NCBI GenBank assembly: GCA_964645975.1
Contig: CAZYAF010000005.1
Span: forward strand, 98,681-162,680
Reading direction: 5' to 3'
Source of the DNA: an uncultured Acidobacteriota bacterium
Lineage (GTDB): Bacteria > Acidobacteriota > B3-B38 > Guanabaribacteriales > CAZYAF01
Length of the DNA stretch: 64,000 bases
Positions 51,774 through 60,955 of the stretch are shown here, piece by piece. The notes under the pieces were generated by a model that worked only from the letters and a program-made list of their open reading frames with translations, made no database searches and was not told the DNA's origin. Each line of letters starts with the position of its first letter. Position 1 is the stretch's first letter. A program made the translations under genes and the position numbers.

Positions 51774-52238
51774 ATGGCAAAACCAGGAGAAAAAACAGTA
51801 GTAGTAAACAGGCGAGCTCGCCATGATTATGAGATCACCGAGATATATGAAGCGGGAATCAGTTTGACCGGTCCGGAAGTGAAGTCTCTGCGCGCCGGAA
51901 AAGTGAGCCTGACTGAAAGTTATGCCAAGGTCATTAAAGCGGAGGTATGGCTTATGGACTGCCGCATAACGCCCTATACACATTCCCGTTTAGTCGAACA
52001 GGATCCGGTCAGGCCGCGGCGGCTGCTCCTGCATAAGAAGGAGATCAAAAGGCTCATCGGCAAAACCACGGAACGGGGCTTTACCCTCATCCCCCTGCGT
52101 ATCTATTTCAAGAGAGGATGGGCAAAAGTTGAGTTCGGTTTAGCCAAAGGGAAGAAACTCATAGATAAAAGAGAAAAGATCAAACGGAAAATCATGGAGC
52201 GCGAATCCCGTGCCGCTATGAAACAAAGAGAACGGTAA
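51774..52238 (+). CDS. smpB: SsrA-binding protein
   Basis: NRRARHDY, EAGISL.G.EVKSLR, R.R.LLLHKKEI, LIPL, GKK..DKRE. Confidence 0.98.
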   Translation: MAKPGEKTVVVNRRARHDYEITEIYEAGISLTGPEVKSLRAGKVSLTESYAKVIKAEVWLMDCRITPYTHSRLVEQDPVRPRRLLLHKKEIKRLIGKTTERGFTLIPLRIYFKRGWAKVEFGLAKGKKLIDKREKIKRKIMERESRAAMKQRER

Positions 52239-52456
52239 CGATATACCTCCTTACTTAATCTGGTAATCCACATCCCATTTTTCTCAATCCTTAAAGTATG
52301 CAATTTATAAATTTTCATCTCTGTAATGCCATCCAATTTATTTTAGCATAAATCTTCATTACTCCTCTTCCTCCTGCTTGATTAACTTAGAATTCAATTA
52401 AAGTACTCAACAAATATTTCAATAAAAATAAGGATGCGAATTCTCAATAACAAAAA

Positions 52457-52486
52457 TTGTCAATAAAAGTGACAAATTTTGTCACT
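52457..52486. promoter_or_regulatory. Overlapping palindromes, candidate enhancer (UAS) for a sigma54 activator
   Basis: TTGTCA-N7-TGACAA (52457-52475) and AGTGACAAA-T-TTTGTCACT (52468-52486), ~130-155 bp upstream of the -24 element. Confidence 0.55.
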
Positions 52487-52613
52487 AAGACCTATAATTT
52501 AATCACTATTCAGATAAGAAAATGATTAATCATTTAACACACATGTTATTTAAGGTGCTTATTATTAGTGTATTAGGAAAAAAATGTTAGCAAAGCAATT
52601 ATTATATTAGTAA

Positions 52614-52628
52614 TGGCATATTATTTGC
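52614..52628 (+). promoter_or_regulatory. Sigma54 (-24/-12) promoter
   Basis: TGGCAT-ATTAT-TTGC has the exact GG-N10-GC spacing, ~95 bp before the ATG at 52722. Confidence 0.7.
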
Positions 52629-52721
52629 GTAATTTAATGAGCAAATGTTAGAAAATGCTATTTTTTATTTTTTAATATATTTTAATGCTTACTAATTTAT
52701 ATTTAAGGAGGGGTAAAATTT

Positions 52722-54755
52722 ATGCTTTCTCAATATTTTAAAGCTGGATATTTAGTGTGCATCTGTTCTTTATTGGTACTAATGATAGCCAGCGACCAGG
52801 TGCTTTCTCCTCGTTTCGTAGACCTTGATAAAGCTGAGGAGAACATCAGGATTCTGGGCGATGATGCTGGTGATGGTTCTGGCAGGAGCGTTTCCAGCGG
52901 TGATATCAACGGCGATGGATATGCTGATGTCATCATTGGCGCACCTTATGCTAATCCAGCAGGTGGATATGAAGCCGGTGAGACCTATGTCATCTTCGGC
53001 AGCGCTACTCCACCAGCAACCATTGACCTCAACTTAAGTCCAGCCGATATGACCATCTACGGCGATGATGCTTCTGAACATTCTGGCTATGCAGTTTCCA
53101 GCGGTGATATAAACGGAGACGGCTATGATGATGTCATCATCGGTAATCCTTTTGCTGATCCAACAGGTGGTGCTAATGCAGGAGCGACCTATATCATCTT
53201 AGGTAGCTCTTTACCAGCAAAAGAAATAAATCTTTATACAATTCCCAGTCCAGCTGATATGATTATTTATGGTGATGATGCTGGTGATGCTTCTGGCTGG
53301 GCAGTTTCCAGCGGCGATATCAATGGTGATGGATACGATGATGTCATCATCGGTGCACATTCAGTTAATGATAGAGGCGGCACTTATGTTATCTTCGGAA
53401 GCGCTTCTCCTTTGCCTGTAATAAACATTAACAATACAGAAGCCGATATGAGCATCTACGGCCATGCTTATTATGATTATTTTGGCATAGCAGTTTCCAG
53501 CGGCGATATCAACGGCGATGGTTTTGATGATGTCATCATCGGTGCTTCTAAATCTTATTTATTTAGCTGGAATCCTATTGGCGAGACCTATGTCATTTTT
53601 GGCAGCGCTGCACCGCCAGCCACCATAGACCTCAACAGCGTTTCAGCCGATATGACCATCTACGGCGATTATGCTCCTGATCAATTTGGCTGTTCCGTTT
53701 CCAGCGGTGATATCAACGGCGATGGATATGCTGATGTCATCATTGGCGCTCGTTTTGCTAATCCAGCAGGTGGATATGAAGCCGGGGAGACCTATGTTAT
53801 CTTCGGCAGTACTGCACCGCCAGCCAGCATAGACCTCAACAGCATTTCAGCCGATATGACCATCTACGGTGATGATGCTGGTGATAAGTCTGGCTATTCC
53901 GTTTCCAGCGGTGATATAAACGGCGATGGCTATGCTGATGTCATCATCGGTGCTTCTGGTGCTGATCCAGCAGGAGGAAGATTTGCCGGGGAGACCTATA
54001 TTATCTTAGGCAGCGCTGCACCGCCAGCCACAGTAGACCTCAACAGCACCTCTGCCGATATGACTATCTCTGGAGATGATGCTGGTGATGGTTCTGGCTG
54101 GGCAGTTTCCAGCGGAGATATCAATGGCAATGGGTATGCAGATGTCATCATAGGTGCTATAGGGGCTGATCCAGGAGGCGAACTTTCTGCCGGGGAGACC
54201 TATGTCATCTTAGGTAGTGGATTGCCCATAGAGTGTAATTTCACAGATACTGACATATCTGATTGGGAAAAGGTAGGCACTGGAAGAGCTGTTGTGAGAG
54301 ATGGACAGCTCATTCTTCGCCGCACCAGCAGCCGTTACCGTTTATTCCCAAAAGGAGCTCTTGCCAGTAAATACGATATAGAAACTCAGTTAATACGAAA
54401 AGGAGGAAGAGCTTCTCGGGTAAGCAGCTCCATTTTCTTTAGCTATCTGGATAAAAGGAATTACTGGGAGCTCAAAATGCTGCTACTACCCGAAGGCAAG
54501 AGAGTTGCCGGCAAATGGATACTGCGGCATAAGAAAAATGGCTTTTTGGTAGAGAAGCAGGTGATTAAGGACGATATATATCGCAATCAACAGTATCAAG
54601 TAAAGATAGAGGTAAGGACAGACCAGATAAGGGTGCTGGTTGATGGGGTGGAGAAGTTTAATATAAAACCTGACGAAAAACCTGGATGGGGCAAGGTTGC
54701 GCTGGGCAGCGCCGGTTCTGGCCAATCCCTCTTCGATGATTTGAAAATCTATTGA
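52722..54755 (+). CDS. Secreted 7x FG-GAP (integrin-alpha-like beta-propeller) protein with C-terminal ConA/DUF1080-like domain, copy 1
   Basis: Signal peptide; seven G.xVSSGDINGDG.DDVIIG....G.TYVIFGS repeats with DxNGDG Ca-binding loops; C-terminal ...DGVEK...GKVAL...FDDLKIY. Confidence 0.9.
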   Translation: MLSQYFKAGYLVCICSLLVLMIASDQVLSPRFVDLDKAEENIRILGDDAGDGSGRSVSSGDINGDGYADVIIGAPYANPAGGYEAGETYVIFGSATPPATIDLNLSPADMTIYGDDASEHSGYAVSSGDINGDGYDDVIIGNPFADPTGGANAGATYIILGSSLPAKEINLYTIPSPADMIIYGDDAGDASGWAVSSGDINGDGYDDVIIGAHSVNDRGGTYVIFGSASPLPVININNTEADMSIYGHAYYDYFGIAVSSGDINGDGFDDVIIGASKSYLFSWNPIGETYVIFGSAAPPATIDLNSVSADMTIYGDYAPDQFGCSVSSGDINGDGYADVIIGARFANPAGGYEAGETYVIFGSTAPPASIDLNSISADMTIYGDDAGDKSGYSVSSGDINGDGYADVIIGASGADPAGGRFAGETYIILGSAAPPATVDLNSTSADMTISGDDAGDGSGWAVSSGDINGNGYADVIIGAIGADPGGELSAGETYVILGSGLPIECNFTDTDISDWEKVGTGRAVVRDGQLILRRTSSRYRLFPKGALASKYDIETQLIRKGGRASRVSSSIFFSYLDKRNYWELKMLLLPEGKRVAGKWILRHKKNGFLVEKQVIKDDIYRNQQYQVKIEVRTDQIRVLVDGVEKFNIKPDEKPGWGKVALGSAGSGQSLFDDLKIY

Positions 54756-54798
54756 TAAAATTTAATAGTTAACTGTATAATATTTCTACATCAGATTC

Positions 54799-54832
54799 AA
54801 AAGGGACAATCCAATAGGTTGTCCCTTTTTTT
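54799..54832 (+). terminator. Rho-independent terminator
   Basis: AAAAGGGACAA...TTGTCCCTTTTTTT. Confidence 0.85.
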
Positions 54833-55052
54833 GCAAAGCTTGAGAAAGGATTGTATCCCTTCATTATTATTAGCAAATTATTTTCTTGATAATTTTGAGA
54901 TTATTTAGTATAATATATTTGTTAATAATTCCCTTGCCTCCATTTCTTTTAAAAAAAGTAGAAAATAAATCTAATTTTAAAAAGACATTGAATAATAGAA
55001 ATAACAATTTTTTTTAAGGCTTTAATTCTTTATTTAGTATTAAGGATTAACT

Positions 55053-57104
55053 ATGTATAAACATCATTTTAAGATTATTATCATAATTTTCTTTTGCTTC
55101 TTAGCCACCTTGCTTGTTGTAATTGGCCAGGCGCTTTCCCCTCGTTCTATAGATTTGCATAAAGGAGAAGAGAACATCAGGATTTTAGGCGATGATTCTT
55201 ATGATTATTCTGGCTGTTGCGTTTCCAGCGGTGATATCAACGGCGATGGCTATGCTGATGTCATCATTGGCGCTCCCTCTGCTTATCCACCTGGAGGAAA
55301 AGAGGCTGGTAAAACTTTCGTTATCTTTGGCAGCGCTGAACCTATAACTAATGTAGACCTCAGCAGCACCTCAGCCGATATGACCATCTATGGGGATGAT
55401 CGCTATGATAACTCTGGCCGGTCAGTTTCCAGCGGAGATGTCAACGACGATGGTTTTGATGATGTCATCATCGGTGCCCGTTATGCTGATCCAGCAGGTG
55501 GTAATGAAGCTGGCGAGACTTATGTCATCTTCGGCAGTGCTGCACCACCAGCCACAGTAGACCTCAACAGTGTTTCTGCCGATATGACCATCTATGGCGA
55601 TGATGCTGGCGACTGGTCTGGTTATTCCGTTTCCAGCGGCGATGTCAACGGCGATGGCTATGCTGATGTCATCATTGGTGCTCCTTGGGCTGATCATCCT
55701 TCCAGAATTTATTCCTTTAAAGTGGGTACGACATATGTCATCTTTGGCAGCGCTGCACCACCCACTACCGTAGACCTAAACAGCACCTCAGCCGATATGA
55801 CCATCTATGGTGATGATGATGATGATAGGTCTGGTTATTCCGTTTCCAGTGGCGATATCAACGGCGATGGCTATGATGATGTCATCATTGGTGCTTATTT
55901 TGCTAGTCCAAAAGGAGGTGGTAATGCTGGACAGACCTATGTCATCTTTGGCTGTAACGAACCACCAGCTACCATAGATCTCGATAGCGTTTCTGCCGAT
56001 ATGACCATCTATGCAGACGATGGCGGTGATGAGTCCGGTCGGTCAGTCTCCAGCGGCGATATCAACGGTGATGGCTTTGATGATGTCATCATCGGCGCTT
56101 ATAATGCTGATCAACCAGGCAATCCTTATGCAGGAGAAACCTATGTTATCTTCGGCAGCGCTGCACCACCAGCAACCGTTGACCTCGACAGCGTTTCAGC
56201 CGATATGACCATTTTAGGAGATTATATTTATGATTGGTCTGGCAGGTCCGTTTCCAGCGGTGATATCAACGGTGATGGTTTTGATGATGTCATCATCGGT
56301 GCACCTGATGCTGGTTCAGAGGGCAGCAATGGTGCTGGAAAGACCTATGTCATCTTCGGCAGCTCTGCACCACCAGCCGCCATTGACCTCGACAGCGTTT
56401 CAGCCGATATAACCATCTACGGCGATGATGGTGAAAGCCATTCTGGCTGGTCCGTTTCCAGCGGCGATATCAACGGTGATGGCTGTGCAGATGTCATCAT
56501 CGGTGCTCCTACTGCTGATCCAGCAGGCGGATCAAAAGCAGGGGAGACCTATGTCATTTTAGGTAGTGGGTTGCCCATTGAGTGTGATTTCACAGGTACG
56601 GATATATCCGATTGGGAAAAGGTAGGGCCTGGAAGAGCCATTGTGAGAGATGGACAGCTTATTCTTCGGCGCACCAGCAGCCGGTTCCGTTTATTCCCAA
56701 AAGGAGCTCTTGCCAGTAAATGCGATATAGAAACTCAATTAATACGAAAAGGAGGAAGAGCTTCTCGGGTAAGCAGCTCCATCTTCTTTAGCTATCTGGA
56801 TAAGAGGAATTACTGGGAGCTCAAAATGCTGCTCCTGCCTGTGGGAAAGAGAATTAAAGGTAAGTGGATACTGCGTCACAAGAAAAATGGCTTTTGGGTA
56901 GAGAAACAGGTGATTAAGGACGATATATATCGAACCCAACAATATCAGATTAAGATAGAGGTAAGGACAGACCAGATAAGAGTATTAGTCGATGGCGTGG
57001 AGAAGTTTAATATAACACCTGGTGAAAAACCTGCCTGGGGAAAGATTGCGCTGAGCAGCGCCGGTCCGGGCCAATCCTTCTTCGATGATCTGAAAATATA
57101 TTAA
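55053..57104 (+). CDS. Secreted 7x FG-GAP propeller protein, copy 2
   Basis: Same architecture, seven repeats; C-terminal domain nearly identical to copy 1. Confidence 0.9.
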   Translation: MYKHHFKIIIIIFFCFLATLLVVIGQALSPRSIDLHKGEENIRILGDDSYDYSGCCVSSGDINGDGYADVIIGAPSAYPPGGKEAGKTFVIFGSAEPITNVDLSSTSADMTIYGDDRYDNSGRSVSSGDVNDDGFDDVIIGARYADPAGGNEAGETYVIFGSAAPPATVDLNSVSADMTIYGDDAGDWSGYSVSSGDVNGDGYADVIIGAPWADHPSRIYSFKVGTTYVIFGSAAPPTTVDLNSTSADMTIYGDDDDDRSGYSVSSGDINGDGYDDVIIGAYFASPKGGGNAGQTYVIFGCNEPPATIDLDSVSADMTIYADDGGDESGRSVSSGDINGDGFDDVIIGAYNADQPGNPYAGETYVIFGSAAPPATVDLDSVSADMTILGDYIYDWSGRSVSSGDINGDGFDDVIIGAPDAGSEGSNGAGKTYVIFGSSAPPAAIDLDSVSADITIYGDDGESHSGWSVSSGDINGDGCADVIIGAPTADPAGGSKAGETYVILGSGLPIECDFTGTDISDWEKVGPGRAIVRDGQLILRRTSSRFRLFPKGALASKCDIETQLIRKGGRASRVSSSIFFSYLDKRNYWELKMLLLPVGKRIKGKWILRHKKNGFWVEKQVIKDDIYRTQQYQIKIEVRTDQIRVLVDGVEKFNITPGEKPAWGKIALSSAGPGQSFFDDLKIY

Positions 57105-57548
57105 CCAGAGCGAAGAAAAAGTAACCTGAAAACCTGAGATTTTCTTTAGTATTATGCTGGGATAGTGCGACTTGGATAAAACCTGAGCAAATCTGCTTTA
57201 TTAAAGGTTTCTGTAAGACACCTTTTTTGTCACAAATTTATATTTAGTTAGCTATCACTTTCTGTATGCTTTTTTACATAGCATGGTAAGTTTTTTATCC
57301 AACAGCATTCTATTTGGAAACGAAATTGTTTTCGAGTTGATAAATTAACTATAAACTGGTATAATTTAATTTTAGAAAATCCTCTTCACGATATCCATCA
57401 GTCACTTAAGCTTATTAATAACAGCCAATATTTTGAGCTTCATTTTATGTTAAATACTGGCTATAAAATAAATTATAGCTTCATTTTTTCCCAAAAAATC
57501 GAAATGTCATTATTATATTTTTTTTCCTATTATAAGGATTAACAAACA

Positions 57549-59588
57549 ATGGTTAGCTTAAGTATAAAGCCTCTATTAATATTCTTTTTTTGTTTTTTTA
57601 TGATATTTATGGTTGCCAGTGGGCAGCCGCCTTCTACCCGGGTGATAGATGTGGATAAAGGCGAGGAAAGCGTCAGGATTATGGGTATATACGGCGGAAG
57701 CGGTAGTTCAGTTGCTGGAAAAGATATTAACGGTGATGGCTTTGATGATATTATCATTGGCGCGCCATGGGCTCCTGCTCCCAATGGTCGACTTAAGGGA
57801 GCTGCTTATATAATTTTTGGTAATAGTTTTCCTAAGATCATCAAAGATTTAAGCATCCAATCACCTAATATGACCATTTATGGTGAGCATGGTTTTGACG
57901 CTTTTGGCTGGGCTGTATCCAGCGGTGATATTAACGGAGATGGGTATTATGATGTCATTATTGGAGCACGCGATGACGATCCAGCATTAGGCAGAGCTGA
58001 TGCAGGCTCGACCTATGTGATCTTCGGCAGTGCTTATCCGCGCAGAAAAATAGACCTACAGTTTAAATCGGCAGATATGACCATCTATGGTGAGAGCTAT
58101 AAGGATATGTCTGGGCAGGCAAATTCCACCGGTGACATCAATGGGGATGGGTATGATGATATAATCATCGGTGCTTACTTGGCTTCTCCAGGGGGCCGCA
58201 TAAATGCAGGGAAAAGCCACATTATTTTCGGAGGGCCGGCACCATCAGAAGTCATTGATTTAAATTCTCAACCAGCCGATATGAGCATTTACGGCGATGA
58301 TGATTATGACCAATCTGGCTATTCCGTTTCCAGCGGTGATATTAACGCCGATGGTTATGATGATGTTATTATTGGCGCTCGGGGAGCTTCTCCAGACCTT
58401 CGTATCCACGCTGGTGAAACCTATGTCATCTTTGGCAGCACAACGCCTCCCACCTCAATAGACCTGGATTCCCAATCAGCTGATATGACCATCTACGGCG
58501 ATGATGATGATGACCAATCTGGCTTTTCCGTTTCCAGCGGTGATATCAATGGCGATGGATACGATGACATTATCATCGGTGCCCATTTGGCTGATCCTGC
58601 TGGTGGTGATAAAGCAGGAGCTACCTATGTTATCTTCGGCAGCGATTCCCTTCCAACAAGCATAGACTTAAACACCGAATCAGCGGATATGGTCATCTAC
58701 GGCGATGATGAAGGGGATCACAATGGCCATGCAGTTTCCAGCGGTGATATCAATACTGATGGCTATGATGATATTGTAATCGGAGCATGGGGAGCAGACA
58801 CACCCGGTGGTACCGATGCAGGAAAGACCTATATTATCTTTGGCAGCGCATCACCCCCGACAACTATAGACTTAAATTCGGAATCTGCCGACATCACTGT
58901 CCATGGTGACAATGCGGAAGATTTATCTGGCACATCAGTTGCAAGTGGCGATATAGATAATGATGGTTTTGCTGATGTCATCATTGGTGCTTCGTACGCC
59001 AAACCTGGTGGCCGTACTTACGCTGGTGAGACATATGTGATCTTAGGAAGTGGGCTTCCTATAAATTGTGATTTCTCAGATGTAAAGGTAAAGGACTGGC
59101 AGCAAATAGGAACAGGTAGAGCACTCTTGAGAAATGAGCAGCTCATCCTGCGAGATGCCAGCTTGTTTTACCGTATATTTCCACCGGGTGCTGTGAGTAA
59201 TGAGTGCGATATAGAAGTGAAAATGCAGCGCAACGGAGGAATAGATTATAGGGTAAGCAGCTCCATCCTTTTCAGCCATAAAAATAAGAAGAACTGCTGG
59301 GAGCTCAGGATGCTGCTTTTGCCAGTTGGGTCGAGAGTTGCCGGGAAATGGATACTGCTGCACAAAAAAGATGGTGTTATTGTGCAGCGGGAGGTTGTGA
59401 ATGATGACATCTCCAGGCGTCAGCAATATTTGATCCAGATTGAGGTGAGGGAGAGCCAGATAAGAGTGGTGGTAGATGGTGTGGAGAAAATAAACATAAC
59501 ACCCGATGAAAAACCCATCTGGGGCAAAATTGGCCTGGGCATCAGAGGAGAAGGAGCATGCTTCTTCGATGATCTGATAATCAACTAA
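57549..59588 (+). CDS. Secreted 7x FG-GAP propeller protein, copy 3 (more diverged)
   Basis: Same architecture, seven repeats; C-terminal FDDLIIN. Confidence 0.9.
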   Translation: MVSLSIKPLLIFFFCFFMIFMVASGQPPSTRVIDVDKGEESVRIMGIYGGSGSSVAGKDINGDGFDDIIIGAPWAPAPNGRLKGAAYIIFGNSFPKIIKDLSIQSPNMTIYGEHGFDAFGWAVSSGDINGDGYYDVIIGARDDDPALGRADAGSTYVIFGSAYPRRKIDLQFKSADMTIYGESYKDMSGQANSTGDINGDGYDDIIIGAYLASPGGRINAGKSHIIFGGPAPSEVIDLNSQPADMSIYGDDDYDQSGYSVSSGDINADGYDDVIIGARGASPDLRIHAGETYVIFGSTTPPTSIDLDSQSADMTIYGDDDDDQSGFSVSSGDINGDGYDDIIIGAHLADPAGGDKAGATYVIFGSDSLPTSIDLNTESADMVIYGDDEGDHNGHAVSSGDINTDGYDDIVIGAWGADTPGGTDAGKTYIIFGSASPPTTIDLNSESADITVHGDNAEDLSGTSVASGDIDNDGFADVIIGASYAKPGGRTYAGETYVILGSGLPINCDFSDVKVKDWQQIGTGRALLRNEQLILRDASLFYRIFPPGAVSNECDIEVKMQRNGGIDYRVSSSILFSHKNKKNCWELRMLLLPVGSRVAGKWILLHKKDGVIVQREVVNDDISRRQQYLIQIEVRESQIRVVVDGVEKINITPDEKPIWGKIGLGIRGEGACFFDDLIIN

Positions 59589-59625
59589 ATAGCAGCTACA
59601 TATTTTATTATTTCTTTCATTTAGA

Positions 59626-60759
59626 TTATTTGGCTAATTCTTTATAGAGCTTGAGGGTGTGGAAGGCGGTTAGAGACCAGGAGAAGTGCTTGGTCATCTC
59701 CTTGCTTAATTGAATGAGCAATTCTCTTAAGGATTCATCAGAGAGCAAACGCTCCATTGCGCTGGCAAAAAGCTCAGGATTGGGTTCATCCAATAAGACG
59801 GCAGCCTTGCCAACCACCTCAGGAACTGAGGAGGTGCGAAGGGCAACGATGGGCAGACCCGACGCCATGGCTTCTACCAGAGGGAGGCCAAAGCCTTCGT
59901 AGAGGGAAGGAAAAGCAAAAAGACGAGCCTGCTGGTAGAGAGCTCGAAGCTCTATTCGATTGAGATATCCGGTTATAAGCACTCTTTCCCGAAGCCTGTC
60001 ATCTTCCAGTTCACCATCAAACTCCTCACAGCCCCATCCCCGCTCACCAGCGATAACCAGTTGAAGCCTGGGATAGCCCCGGTCAATAAGCTGTCTAAAA
60101 GCGCGCAGGAGCAGAGGAAGATTCTTGCGCGGCTCGATAATCCCCACGAAAAGAATGAAGTCTTCTGCTAAGGGAAATTTATTTCTTATCGCTCGAATTT
60201 CCGCCTCTTCGGCTTTATCCCAGAAGAGCTCCTCAACTCCCAGGGGGATGACACGGATTTTTTCTCTTGGGATATTCAGCATTTCTTGAATGTCCTTAGC
60301 TGTATGGTGCGAAACCGCTATGATAGCATCGGCTTCTTGTGCATGATCCTTCACCAGTCGAGGATAGTCCCGGCGAACCTCCGCTTTGGTAAGTTCCGGG
60401 TAACGAAGAAAGAAGAAGTCGTGGATGGTTACGATTTTTTTGCTCCCTTTCAAGGGGAGGAGCAATGGCGAGGGGGAGTGGCTGATGTCGCACTTTCCCA
60501 ACAGCCAATTAGCCGGTGGAAACCTGAGGTTATGCCAGAGATAATTGAGCATCCTCACCGGTATACGGCAGTCTTTTACGAAGAAGTTGTCTGGCAAGTC
60601 AAATATATCCTGTGAGAATCTATCTTTCCAGGAGCTGGTAAATAATACGTATTTATTATCTCTGTCAATCTGAGTCAGATTGACAATTAAATTTTTGAGA
60701 TAAACGCCGACACCGGTACCTTTTCTGAGTAAAGGTCTTATATCTATGGCTATTCTCAT
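59626..60759 (-). CDS. Glycosyltransferase family 4 (GT-B)
   Basis: MRIAID.R, TGVG.Y, TIHD, EPRKNL, FPSLYEGFGLP.VEAMASG.P. Confidence 0.93.
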   Translation of the reverse strand: MRIAIDIRPLLRKGTGVGVYLKNLIVNLTQIDRDNKYVLFTSSWKDRFSQDIFDLPDNFFVKDCRIPVRMLNYLWHNLRFPPANWLLGKCDISHSPSPLLLPLKGSKKIVTIHDFFFLRYPELTKAEVRRDYPRLVKDHAQEADAIIAVSHHTAKDIQEMLNIPREKIRVIPLGVEELFWDKAEEAEIRAIRNKFPLAEDFILFVGIIEPRKNLPLLLRAFRQLIDRGYPRLQLVIAGERGWGCEEFDGELEDDRLRERVLITGYLNRIELRALYQQARLFAFPSLYEGFGLPLVEAMASGLPIVALRTSSVPEVVGKAAVLLDEPNPELFASAMERLLSDESLRELLIQLSKEMTKHFSWSLTAFHTLKLYKELAK

Positions 60760-60955
60760 AAAATAATCTTTCAATAATCAGACTAATATACCATATATTC
60801 GGGTGAAAAATTAAATATAAAATAGCTATTTTTTTCTTCATGGAAATAAAGATAAAGAGATAAATCAATATTTGCTAAAAAAATATTTGCTTAATAGAAT
60901 TATTTTTTTTAAAATGATACATATTTTAATCGCTCATTTTAACGGGTCTTTTTTT

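Noticed and set aside
52240-52720. tmRNA next to smpB
   Set aside because: No tRNA-Ala-like ends or T-arm found; the region is an AT-rich promoter spacer.
52722-59588. Diversity-generating retroelement or CRISPR array behind the repeats
   Set aside because: No reverse transcriptase, no non-coding template repeat and no cas genes in the window; the repeats are in-frame ~200-bp protein blades and the variation includes indels rather than being adenine-restricted.
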